Notes: a model not told the origin generated them from the sequence alone. DNA of 51,525 nucleotides, filler included, from Jimgerdemannia flammicorona (GCA_003990765.1; 2 parts of 2 records of this genome joined end to end with filler, not necessarily neighbours in it), one strand, 5' to 3'; shown: positions 13,111-25,311, counted from the first letter of the whole stretch. Numbers and translations are program-made.

Positions 13111-14427
13111 AGGTGAACAGCTATAAGCAATTGAAGAAGAAGAAGAAGATCACTATTCAGGAAGAATATGTCAGCAGTGAGAAGTCTAACACAGAGGAGG
13201 AAGAAGAATCTGAAGACATAAATGACCCCAGGCTCAATCCCTGAATTAATCTGGTAGATGACAGACCAGAAGACAATGTGTGGGCCAAGAACACCATCCC
13301 TATTACCATTGGAGTCATTGTAGGAGAAATCAAAGGATGCCCTATCTGCCTCAAGAGATACAAGTGTCCTGAGCATTTCTCCAAGATCATGGAAACAAGG
13401 AAATCACCTGGTGCAGCCTGCTCCAAGTATAGAAAGAAGAAGAAGAAATGCAGACATACTCCAGAAACACCTACAGCTAAAGCTGTAGAAGTGCAAACAA
13501 TTTGGAGACAAGAATTATTGGAGGAAGAAGAAGTTCCTGACAAAGAAGTTCCTGAACAAGAAGTACCTGAAGAGGAAGAAGTCCCCAAACTCATTCCCTG
13601 GGATGACCCTCACTGGACACTACCTGAAGACAATGACCCTTGGAATATAGAAGAAGGACCCAGTATAATCACCATATCCCCAAGAAAGAAACTCACCAAG
13701 AAAAAGCTTTTCAGCTAGGAAGATGCCCACACCAAATGATCTTCTACTCTCTCTAAGACTACTGCTATCAGTGTCATTTACTAGACCAACAGGAGAGACA
13801 AAGACCCCAGAGACCTGAACTCCCAAACACAGTTATACAGTCAACCACCTTCCAAGAAGTTACTACCAAATTGCAAAGCCAATTCAGAGGACAAGGCCTC
13901 TTCACCTGGACAGAAGTATACCCCTTATCTACTCTTCCACCAACCTATGACCAAGATGGGAATTGATTCCTGAGACAATAAGAAATCAACAACTGAGAAC
14001 ATCATTTCTGAGCAATGGAATATTGCAACCATGGAAGACATTCTGACTGCTGAGACTGCAGATATCAGAAGATTCACCTCAGTCATAATATTGCAATCCA
14101 TACTTTGAAGAGAGGAGACAATAGAGGCCAGATCTGAAAGAGCCAGACCAAGAAGCCAGAAAGAAGAATCCTCAAGATCTACAATTTGGAAGAAGACATC
14201 CTAGCTCTCATCAGACATGCAACCCACTAAGGATGGGCAGAAGATGCCACCAACTTCATGGAAGCCCTAGACCCTACAGAAAGAAGAGGAATCAACTACC
14301 TCTGAGATCCCCTCACTGGAGCCAGATGGCCACACCTCAACCTCAGAGTCTGGAGGCTCTCTGCTAGTAGAGCTTCAGCCTTAGGAAAGCCTGAACACAG
14401 CAAGGATATTACCCAGTATGCCCTGCT

Positions 14428-14820
14428 GCATCCTAAGGCCAAACCCTCAACCAAAGCCCACCCAGAAGATGTAGGGTATGATCTTCACAGTCTGGAGGAT
14501 GAATCTATTAAACCTGGAAAAACCTTCATGATCAGAACTGAATTAGCCATGCAGCCACTCCAAGGAGCTTACATCCAACTGACCTCAAGGTCTGGACTTG
14601 CCAGACAAGGAATAACTGTAGAAGAAGGAACCATTGACCCAGGATATATAGGCGAAATCAAGGTTATCCTACACAACAGCAGTGCAGAATGGCACTGAAT
14701 TATTAGAGAACAGAAGATTGCCCAAGCAGTCTTTATAAAGATCAGGACCTCATAATTATAAAAAGTCTCTGAATTGACTGAGGGGATAAGACAAGCCAAA
14801 GGATTTGGAAGTTCAGATAA
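14428..14820 (+). pseudogene. dut: Element A dUTPase
   Basis: All five trimeric dUTPase motifs: VGYDL, RSGLA, GTIDPGYIGEI, KIAQAV, RQAKGFGSS. Confidence 0.92.
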
Positions 14821-15249
14821 GAAGGAAGTACATCTCCTTCAAGTCAACCACCTCAAGAGGAATGTTTCCCAGCAAGTGTACCAGCAATCAGTCAGACTGC
14901 ACAAGAATCTTATCCTGGAGCCTGGAGAACAAACTATCTTCGAAATCTTTGCACCACCCGACCCCAGAAATCTTTTCTTTGAACCTAAGGAAGATATCCC
15001 ACACCTGGACATAGAGGGACATACATTTCCTGACAAGATGAATCCAGTACACTTCCAAGCAACCAACCAAAGTTGAAAAACCATCATCTTGCCAAAAGAA
15101 ATCATCATAGGACACCTGGTATCTTTTCTCAACTGAACTTATAGGGAAGTTTATGAACTAAACCTATTGGGAAATGGCAAAAGATCTCAGAAGAAAGGAA
15201 AGGCCCCTCTGTGACCCAGGAGACAGTGAAGCCTTCCACCAACATTGGA

Positions 15250-17716
15250 GAAGAATTGACACTCCAACAACAGCAACAACTAGTAGAACTTCTCAACAAA
15301 TATCAAGATATCTTCACCACCAATTATGGCAATCTGCCATACAACCCATCATATCACTACAGCATAAATACAGGAAATACAACACCCATCTAGCAGAAAT
15401 CCTATAGAATACCCCATCACTTGAAAACATTTGAAAAAGAGCATATTCAAGAACTCTTAGACAATAGAGTCATCCAACCCTCTACCAGCCCCTGGACCAG
15501 CCCTATACTTATTGTACCAAAGAAAGGAGGATAGTGACTTTGTGTGGATTACAGGAAACTCAATTCAGTCACTGAAAAGAATGCCTATCCTTTGCTCAGA
15601 ATCAATGACCTTTTAGATCAGTTACAAGATGCCAGATACTTCAGCAGTATGGACCTCTTTGTAAGATTCCATGAGATCTCTATGGACCTTAAGGACATTC
15701 AAAAGACAGTCTTCCTTACTCTAGGAAAACTGTTTGAATACCTCTGAATGCCCTTTGGACTTTGCAATACACCCCCTACCTTTCAGAGGATGATGAATTC
15801 AGTCTATGCCCCCTTGATCCACTACTGTCTAATTGTATACATGGATGATTCCAACATCTACTTAGCAAATTTTGAAGAACACCTATACTACCTAGAGGAA
15901 TTCTTCAAGCTCACCAGTAAGAACTACTTGAGACTGAATGCAAAGAAATGCTACTTTGGAAAACAGAAACTCAAATTCCTTAGATTCATAGTTTCAAAAG
16001 AAGGAACTCATGCAGACTCAAAGAAAACTGAAAAGATCAACAATTGGCCAGTACCCAAGACTCCAAAGGAAACATTATCATTCCTGATACTGGTATCCTA
16101 CTACAGAAGATTTATCAAGGACTTCACCCAAATTGCTGCCCCAATCTGAATCCTTCTCAAGAAAGAAGTGCCATTCAAATAGACAAAATCACAAGAAAAA
16201 GCCTTCAAAGAACTCAAGAACTGCATGACTACTATATCAATTCTTGTATGCCCCAATCTACAGAAGCCATTCATCTTGTATACAGATGCTTCTAAAGATA
16301 GCCTTGGAGCAGTTCTAGCCCAAGAAGGACCTGACCAACAACACTATATGATAGCTTATATAAGCTGAGCTACCAATCAACAGCAGATGAACTATGGTAG
16401 CACCAAACTGGAATGCCTTGCAGTCATATGGGTGGTCACCCTATTCAAGCATTACCTTATTAGAAAAAAGTTCACCCTGATCACAGACCATGCAGCCCTC
16501 AAATGGCTATTCAACTATAAGGAACCCACCAGAATTCTAATCCACTAGATCCTTATCCTTCAGGATTACAAAATCACCATCATCCACAAAGCAGGGAAAG
16601 CCCACAACAATGTTGATGTACTTTTCCACTAGCCCCAATGAACCAGAAGAAGGGTGTCCCAAGGAACTATACTCTAAAAGAAGCTCCTCAGACCATCAAG
16701 GCACAAGAAGATCTCATCCAAAAAGAACATCAGAAAGCCCACCAGAGACAGATAAATATAGAAGAGAAGCTGCAAACAACATACCAACATTGGCCCAACC
16801 TCAGAACACAAGTCTGGGATATACTTAAGAAATACAATACCTGCCAGAAGTACCAAGGAAGGAAGAACTATCAAGCACCATTGCAACCAATCATGTCACC
16901 AGACAACATCTTTCAGAGATGGGGAATAGACATAATTGAACCTCTACCAGTTATACCAAGAAGAAACAAATACATCCTTATATTTGTAGAACATCTGACC
17001 AAGTGGCCTGAGGCTTTCCAAATGGAAATTGCAGATGTCTTAACCATTGTAGGCCTTCTCCATGGACTCACACTCAGATATGAACTCCTAGAAGAACTCA
17101 TCTCTGACTGAGGCACAGAATTCATCAATAATATAATCACAAGTTATGCCCAAATTCACAAGATCCACCTTAAATAGACTACATCATACTACCCTCAGAC
17201 CAATGGCATGACAGAGGGAATGAACCAGACCATCAAGAAAGGACTTGCCCAAGTCAATTCTACCAATTGGGACCTCTGCTTACCTGAGATCCTATGAGAA
17301 ATTCAGAACACCCCTGCTGCCTCTACCAAACAAAAGCCATTCAAAATGATGTTTGCTAAGAAAACCAAAACTGCCAATCATGAGAATCTCAGAGATCTCC
17401 TCAAGAAGACAGAACAGTTATGTAATCAAGCCCGAGATCAGATTATCAAAGCCCAAGAAAGACAAAAGAAGTATTATAATCAGAAATAGAAGGATCAAGA
17501 GATCAAGATTGGAGATCAAGTACTAGTTTGGAGAAGCATAATTGAAACAAATTTTGCCACCAAATTGGAGCTCAAATGGGAAGGACCTTATCTTGTACAC
17601 AACATCAGAGGAACCAGCATCTATTTAAGAAACATAGATAGATGAACTCTGAAGACACCAGTACACATCAATTGTCTCAAGATATACCTTTCCCCATATC
17701 ATAAATCAGAGAGTTG
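15250..17716 (+). pseudogene. pol: Element A RT-RNase H-integrase
   Basis: SPWTSP, DYRKLN, MPFGLCNTPPTFQR, YMDD (15838), LYTDAS, WGIDII, LISD*GTEF, YYPQTNG and KWEGPY. Confidence 0.95.
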
Positions 17717-18216
17717 ACAACTGCCTTCAAACTCTTGTCCTTAGCTCATTTCAATCACTACCAATTCCCCTTTCCCAATTCTAAGAAGTCAATGAGAACA
17801 CTCTCCAGAAGATCCAGATTCATCAAGAGAATCTTGTCCTGGCCAGATGATTGCTATAGGTCCACCAACTCTAGGCCCATTATGCAATTGGAGAACAATT
17901 GCAGAACCTCCCAGTCTCAGAATAAATATACATCCAAAGCACCACAGGACTATCAAGAAGAGATGTCACTGCTGTAGACAGGCTCTATACTCTTTACAAA
18001 CATAACCCTGCAGCCTTATTACAAGCACAATTCTCCTAGTGAGATATATATAGAATGAACTTGGCCACCTACCTGAGTATCATCAATACTATCAAAATCC
18101 TATTTCCAGAAGAAGAAGAAGAACCCTTAGAATGGAGCAACCATGGTACAGATGATGAAGATGATGGAACAGATATTGATGTAGAAGATGCTTACCCACA
18201 CTGGAATGATGACTAA
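17701..18216 (+). pseudogene. Element A accessory ORF3 homolog (env position)
   Basis: One frame with several stops: HYAIGEQLQNL...GLSRRDVTAVDRLYTLYKHNPAAL, ending in an acidic tail. The start ATA sits in a TATCATA context, matching the TATCATG start of 27108. Confidence 0.7.
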
Positions 18217-18256
18217 AGAACAGTCTGAGGACAGATCATCCTTTAGTAGGAGCTGA

Positions 18257-19684
18257 TGTGACAAACCAGAACATACTACCCAAATTATAACTTAGCCAGA
18301 TAATATGAATATATAGTATAGTAATCAGCAACCATTGCTGTAGAAAGCTATATAAATAGCTAGACTACCAGATGAGGTATACCTGTGTAAGACCTATACA
18401 CCTGTGTAAGACCTACACACCTGTGTAAGACTTACACATCTGTGCAAAACCTGTATACTTGCCAAAAATAGTAATATATAATTAGCAATATAGTAACCAG
18501 ATGGCAACCAACTTGTATAAATTACCCCAGAGACAAGAGTGAATAAACCTCAGTTCTAAAATACAAAGCAAAAGACAAGTCTGCCTACTATACTTCAAGA
18601 GATATGCCTGCCAAAAGCCAATTGATCTAGGAAGGATAGCAATACTTAGGAGAAATGCCTGCTCTACAGCCACTACTAGGAGATTGTGAGCTTTGCTCCT
18701 TTCCCACTCCAGTCCACTTTCTAATATAAAGAACAAGTCTATTTTTGGTTTGCTTGTCAGATAAGTCTGAAGTTTGCTGCTGAGTTCAAGGAAGAACTTT
18801 GCTACCATTTCCAAGTTATTTGCCATATTCCCAGAAAGCCACCTTGCTTAAGCCAGTTTCTGACACAACTTCATAGTGATCTATTTGCACAAATGAAGCC
18901 AGTCTTTGACACAACTTTATCAAGAGACCCTTTCTAAGAAACTGCTAGCACATTTCCCAGTTAAAGCCACTGATTCAAAAAGAATCTGTATCATCATATT
19001 CCCAGAAGAGCCCAATTCAGAAAGAATCCATGCCATCTGAGTAGTATTCCCAGTTGAAGTCACCAATTCAGAAGAATCTACACCATCTGAGTTATTTCCC
19101 AGAAAGCCACTGATTTAGGAAGAATCTGTGATATCTGAGTAATCTGATGAGTTATCCATTGTTCCCAGTGAGCCAATTCAGAAGAAGCCATGCCAAACTA
19201 AGTCATTCACCAGAAACTGCATACTTTTGGAGATCATACTATACAGAGATCATTGCACCAAGATCGTCATGCAGAAATCACATAAGGAAAGCTGCTAAAT
19301 TGTCAGATTGTTCTGCATAAGAAACCCAGTCATGCTACATAAGATCATCATACAAAGATCACCTGCTACTCAAGAAGGAAAACTGTTAAATTCCTTGATC
19401 ATCACATATAAGGAGATCATTACACTATATATGAAATTCTACCAATTCCCAGTTGAGCTAAGAAGGAAAAGACATACAAATCACTGCTATGTATACCTAG
19501 AGAACTGTCTAAATAAAGAAACTGCTCACAGATATCCAGCTTTGACTATTATACCACTAAATATCAAGGACCTCAGGAATCTTAGAACATTTTGTTGCTT
19601 TTTGACAAAGTAACTGGGGACTCAAGCCAAACTACATCTACCCTCAACCTTGTAATTTGTCTCCATTGAGCCAGGCATATTACA
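18257..19684 (+). repeat. Element A 3' LTR (1428 bp), preceded by PPT AGTAGGAG
   Basis: Direct repeat of 9247-10685; TG...CA termini; followed by ATAG. Confidence 0.95.
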
Positions 19685-19799
19685 ATAGATAAAGTGAAAA
19701 CCTGAAAATATATTATTTTTTGCAAAAATATATCTATATGGCTTAGCTCACTTTGAGTAGTTTTGTGATATTATAGTAATACTAAGAGTAGCTGAGAGT

Positions 19800-20070
19800 G
19801 ATACCTATCACCTAATCACTCTACACTAATTAAAAGGTCCCATCAATGTAGCCCCTACCCTAGCCCCAATAACTGCTCCCAGTCTGATACTCCACTAGTT
19901 CACTATTATCACTATTTCTCTTATCTATAATAGCTACCTCTCAACTCTACTCAAAAAAACAATTATCTATACCAGAATCAATACTTACCAGGAAGCTTGC
20001 CAAAGCTCAGAGGGCCCAACCACAGATATCAAGGACTTACAGGTAACCTATACTGATACTTAATATCCAG
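19800..20070 (-). repeat. Second fragment of the 7591-9200 LINE derivative
   Basis: Visible nucleotide similarity to 8200-8480 (ACACTAATxAAAAGGxCCCA...AGAGGGCCC...AGGTAAxCTATA). Confidence 0.75.
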
Positions 20071-20830
20071 TAGTGGTGGCTAGAGTTGCTCAGAGTGGGG
20101 GAGAGAGCACTGAAGGACTATTCTTTAGTAGAGGCTATAGAATGAGCTAGGATAGATCTACTCAAGAGATGGCTAGTTGAATGGCAGATAGCTAGAATTG
20201 GGAAGGTATGAGAATGGAGTTGAGTTTGAGGTTGGGTGGCTATATTGAATAAGGTAGTACCTCTTAGATATTAAGTAATATAATAGCAATTCTTAAGAAA
20301 GAATGTAATATTAAACTACTAGATAGGCTGGATAGTAGTTGATGGGTACTGAGATTGTGAATAGTGTGCTAAAATCTCTGAAGAGGTAGTTCAGACTCTG
20401 GAGTATGTCTTGGTGGTCTGTCCTGGGATAAAAGGCTATTAGCAGACCTTAGAGGAATATTGGGGTTTTGAGAGAGAGTGGCCTGGGGATTCTATCAGTA
20501 TAGTTACTCAGAGAAGACTGGTGGGGGATATTGGTGATATTTGGGGTAATGTTGGGCAGATCCTGGGAGTATAGGTCTTGATGGCATCATAGTGACAGTG
20601 GGTCTTTGAAGGTAAATGTTAGATAGGAGTTAAGAACTTAGTAGAATATTGATATTGACTTATGAGAGAGATAGTACAAAAGTGGTAGTATCAGGAGAGG
20701 TGGTGGGAGTTGAGAGTAGTGAAGAAGGTATAAGACATTATTCTTGGAAGTTGGAGTCATTTGGTACTGGATAAGGGTGAGGTACAGTGGAAAATTAGAG
20801 TAGGTTGACAGATCTTACTGAGTTCAGTGA
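20070..20830 (+). mobile_element. LINE ORF2 3' fragment
   Basis: Decayed C-terminal zinc finger DCE*CAKISEEVVQTLEYVLVVC resembles ECEECFNVGQEEGVVQTSEHWLGKC at 39100. Confidence 0.65.
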
Positions 20831-21308
20831 GTCCCTTCAGTATAGTAGTGGGTAATCAATGAGACTTGTAAATTGAGGCATACTGCAACAAAACTAGACA
20901 AAGTAAACATTTAACATCACTTGATTATTTATTTTTACCACTACTTTGCTTGTAACTTTTTAATTATTCAATATTTACTATATAATTTGATTAGAGTAAG
21001 CAAACTAAAAGTATAACCTAATGTTCTCTATTTTTATACTTCTTTTAAAGTCTTCATTAATACTGATAGGACTTTGATACATCATAATTAGACAGAATAT
21101 AATTTTTTCAGAGAACATTTCTTCATTTTCATACTATAACTGGATTATTATTAGTAAAATATAAAAATCTGATATATTTCTTTCATTCGGAACCACCTTA
21201 AAGAAAAATAACCATTGTTTTTTTTTTTTACTAAAATAATCTATATACTTAATATAACCTTATAAAAAGAAATATATAAGTATATAAAAGAAAAATAAAT
21301 ATAAATTT

Positions 21309-22416
21309 ATGACAAAAAATATAATCAATGAACTCTAAGAGAGAAATAAAGAATTATTAAACTAAATCAAACAATTAAAGCACCATTATAAGTTAAGCAG
21401 TTAAATAATGAAGAAATTAAATAAGATATAATCAAATATTTAAGAGATGGATACATTACTTATGATCCTGATCTAGCAGTAGTTGATAAAATCATCCAAA
21501 TTAATAATGAAGAATACTGACCAAGATTTTGTGAGAATTATCTTGCTGAAAGTTCTTAGCAAAGATATATTTTCTTACTTTATCAATATATTCAATATTA
21601 TGATAATTGATTTAAACACTATAATGAAATAAATAATGTTAAAAAAGATATTTTCTCTACTCTGCAAGGTTTAGATTCAGAGAAAAGTGAGAAAATTATT
21701 GAAAAATAATTAGAAGAGGATATGATAAAAAAGGAACCATTTGAGGAAGAGTGAAGAGAAGAATACAGAAATAAATATAACCTCTATGATATTTCTTTGG
21801 AAAATATGGTAAAAGGTACATATTACTGAATAAACTACAAAAGTTAAAATTGAACATGAAAGTTTTAAGGGAATGTTTATTAGATTATTCTGAATTAACT
21901 GAAGAAAATATAGAAAATGAAAGAGTTTATTAGTTAGAAGAACTACAAGAATTATTAGAGAAAATCAAAAATAGTAAATTAGATAAACTTAATGAGATTG
22001 TTATGAGAATTATCAAGAAATGAAAAGTGGATGCCAAAACTCACTTTATCTCTTTTACTGAAATTAGTAAGGAATGGAATTATAAAAAGAAAGTATCTTT
22101 AAAAGAGAAAATTAGAGATGACTTAGAAATCATTTAGCAAAATCATATTATGATTAAAAATCAAGAAAGAGAAATTCAAAAATTGTAAGAGAAAGTGAGA
22201 GATAATGTAAAATTATTGAGAAAAGTAAGAGAAACAATTCAAATATCAGAAACACTGCTTAATTCAGCTAATAAGCCCTTGTTTTCTTTACCTAAAAAGC
22301 AAAACAGATTTCAATGCTTAGAAATAGAAATAAAGGTTAAGGCTCAAAAATTGGTAGAAAAAATTAAGTCTCAAACTTGAGAAATAGTTGCTCATATAGA
22401 AGTTAAGATTAAGTAG
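21309..22416 (+). pseudogene. MRE/Mollicutes-like hypothetical protein pseudogene 1
   Basis: AT-rich, intronless, K/E/N-rich frame with frameshifts. TGA falls in Trp-like contexts (EEY*PRF, DN*FKH, EEE*REEY, YY*INY, KK*KVD). It ends EIVAHIEVKIK*. Confidence 0.6.
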
Positions 22417-22417
22417 T

Positions 22418-22633
22418 ATGAAAGAACTACTTTATACTGTTTTAGAAATAGAGGAATGAGGCAAAGACATAACTTGCAACTTTTGCCCTGATTTCAATAA
22501 GAGAAATAAAGCAGTTTGTCAAATCAGAACTCAGAACAAAGTAAGTTATAGAATAGTTAGTAATGCTTGTACTTGTGAAAAGTATAAGGAAAAATTTGAG
22601 AATGATGAACTACCTAAATGTGAGAAATATTAA
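22418..22633 (+). pseudogene. MRE-like small Cys-rich protein (71 aa, open under genetic code 4)
   Basis: MKELLYTVLEIEE(TGA)GKDITCNFCPDF...ACTCEKY...KY*. Its only internal stop is TGA, and it starts 1 nt after the previous stop. Confidence 0.6.
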
Positions 22634-22648
22634 TAATTAAAGACTAGA

Positions 22649-22981
22649 ATGAGTTTTTACTATAATTATTCTAATAGTAATAAAAAAGAACTTCTGGTCT
22701 TACCTCATGAAGAAAGAGCATCTACTAGATATAAATGATAAATAAATACCTTACAAGAATAATTAAATAATGCTGAATTAACAATAGCCAAAGAAAGAGA
22801 AGCCCATGAGAATTTTATAGAAATATCTGAAGAGTGAAGTAAAAGACAGAAGTAAGAATTATAAGATAAGATTAAAGAATTAGAGGCAGAAGTAAGAAGG
22901 TTAAAAAAATTAAATAAATTAAAAGCCCAATTAGAGAAATAAAATAGCCAATTTACAACTTAAATTAAAGTTAAAAAGTAA
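22649..22981 (+). pseudogene. MRE-like coiled-coil protein pseudogene 3
   Basis: A 110-codon frame whose TAA stops fit decayed CAA. It ends KIKELEAEVRRLKK...QFTT(Q)IKVKK*. Confidence 0.6.
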
Positions 22982-23014
22982 TCTTGATCAAAAGTAAAGA
23001 AGTAAATATTTTTA

Positions 23015-25018
23015 TTTATTAATAGTATAAATTGGTTTTAGATAAGTAATATCTTTAAATACATCTCTAACAAATGGGCAAATATTGTGATAAAGATATT
23101 TCTGCCATTTTAATTCCATAGAAGGAGGTACTAGTACTGAAAATAACAAGGTCTTGATTATTTCTATAACTTTTGAAGTCTTGGATTTACTACTTTTTAA
23201 TAGTTTAAATTCTTAGAATAGACTATTGGCAATTTCTTATACTTTGACAGTACCTGGATTCACTCTAGTGAAAAGAAAATATTGAAACTTTTGCATACTA
23301 GATAGCTTCTTGAAGTATACTTCCAAACTACTCAGAATGTCAAAGTATTGGAAACCATCCCTGTTGTTATAATGCTGTGCTTTATTTAATCCAGTAATGC
23401 TAGATCTTTTTACTATATCAATGATATGATATACACAGTCCACTATAGTTTTACAATAAAGCCTTTTAATTAGGCCAAAACTATCATTATATTTAAATTT
23501 GGTATAGCCTAGAACCATGAAGTTCAATTTAATACTTTCATAATACCTGTAAATTACCAAATACAAATAAAACCAAAGAGTTATATTGTTTTTATTTTGT
23601 CTGCCCACATTATCATAAGTGATTTTTAAGTACTCTTCACCTTGGTTCAATTGCTTAATTCTATTAAAGACTAGGCTAAGTATACCATTTAGACCCTTTC
23701 TGAGAAGTTCATTCTCATCAAGAATATAATTAATTTGCTCATGGACTGCTTCATTTTAGATTTCAAACAAATGCACTTTATGGGCACTAAAGTAATACAC
23801 TTTGTCAATCTGTTGATTAGAATAAGATATATAGACATTTTGGGCTTAGTTATAACTATAATAAGCAACTGTATTAATACTATAGAATGATATCTTGTCT
23901 TTTAGTATAGAATAATTCTGGTCAATAAGTTTCCTTTGTTTTTCTGCCAATTTGATATTTCTGTTATAATAATTTTATTCTAGCTTGGCTTTAGTAAGAT
24001 ACTCTTTATATCTCTTTAATAAGTCTTGAGTCTTTTCTTATTTATGAGCTTCGAATTGTAAATTATTCTGCAAATATTGACAAGTATTGTATAAGTTAGT
24101 TTAAGGACTTATGATTTGGATATATAGAGTTAGCTGATGCCACAATTTGCAGAAGGCATCATATTTCAGAGTATATAGAGTACTATCTTTCAGTCTGGCT
24201 AAAAAGTTATAGTAAACAGATTTAAAACTCATTTCTACTGATAAAATAATTATTGATTGAGTCATATAATTAACTTTTCTTATCAGACTAGACAGCCTAA
24301 GAACTTCAGCATAATTCAAAAGAAAATTCTTAACAATAATAGCAATGTTCTGATCAATTATCATTTTAGTTTTTCACTGAGACATTCTTTTGATATTACT
24401 ATAGAGCTATAATAAAAGGCCATTTTTCAGCAGATAATCTTGTATATTTTCAAAATAGGTATGACCAATTCCTAATATATTTAAATAAGTTTTCTGGCAA
24501 AGAGATATATTGTGATCTCAGTAATATAAAGTTCTTTTATTAGCATGAGCTTTCTTCTTAAAATGATAACTAGTACTTATAGATCTACCATCTATGGCCT
24601 TAAGTTATACCATCAAAAAGATATCTTGTTCAGGCTTGGAAAGAGCTTGAAACATCTCATATATCTTAGCAAATACTTTTTTGGAAACTTTGGAAGAGCA
24701 ACTACAACTGCATCTAACTTCTAAAAATTGAAGTACTTTCTTGTATTTGGTTATAATTGTATCATTTATCATATATATATTTTTATATTCAGTTTCTCTA
24801 GTTTTGTAAAATTTCTTTTATGTAGCATATTAAAAATATAAAAAAATACAATCTTTCAATATTTTCATTTTTTGGTAAGTGGTATTTATGCTTTTATTAG
24901 GACTGAATATATAATTGTTGGTAAATTTCATTCTTTATCCAAATATTTTTACAGGACAATTTTCTCTCCTTGTTTTCTTTTCAAGATGCTTCTGATGGTG
25001 CTATAATTTTGGTTCCAT
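23015..25018 (-). pseudogene. Sola-like DDE/D DNA transposase pseudogene
   Basis: YDNVGRQNKN (DNCxGQNKN type), FMVLGYTKFKYNDSFGLIK (GHTxxxxDxxFG type), YSYN*AQN...QQIDKVYY and SP*TNLYNTC. No TIRs found. Confidence 0.72.
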
Positions 25019-25311
25019 AGTGGATTTAATATAAATTAGCTTTATATTCACATTATTTAACAAACAATATTTTATTTTCGGAACCCAACAGATATAACTA
25101 TGTATAAAAACTATACTTTTTTTTAAAAAAAAAGGTATGAACTGTGAGAATTACACGTTCAACCTTCCAATTTCCTCTCTCAATTTTTATCTTTTTGTTA
25201 AGTCTATTTTCTTACTTTTAATTTGACTTCTTGATTCCTGTAACAGTTCTTGCAAATGCTTATGTTCTAAAGTACCAAACTTCCACCACATACATCCCAC
25301 CACTTTGTACT

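Larger units (their letters stand above)
9247..19684 (+). mobile_element. Element A: full-length, decayed dUTPase-bearing Ty3/Gypsy LTR retrotransposon
   Basis: Paired LTRs (TGTGACA...TTACA), 4-bp TSD ATAG (9243-9246 and 19685-19688), PBS and PPT. Domain order is gag-PR-insert-dUTPase-RT-RH-IN-ORF3. Confidence 0.96.

Noticed and set aside
18482..19613. ORFs within LTR A (18482-18826 minus, 19308-19613 plus)
   Set aside because: They have non-ATG or weak starts, are not preserved in the other LTR, and show no motif or similarity to ORF3.
21185..25086. TTCGGAACC at ~21186 and ~25077 as transposon termini around the island and transposase
   Set aside because: The two copies are in the same orientation, are only 9 bp, and have no TSD. 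No inverted partner was found.
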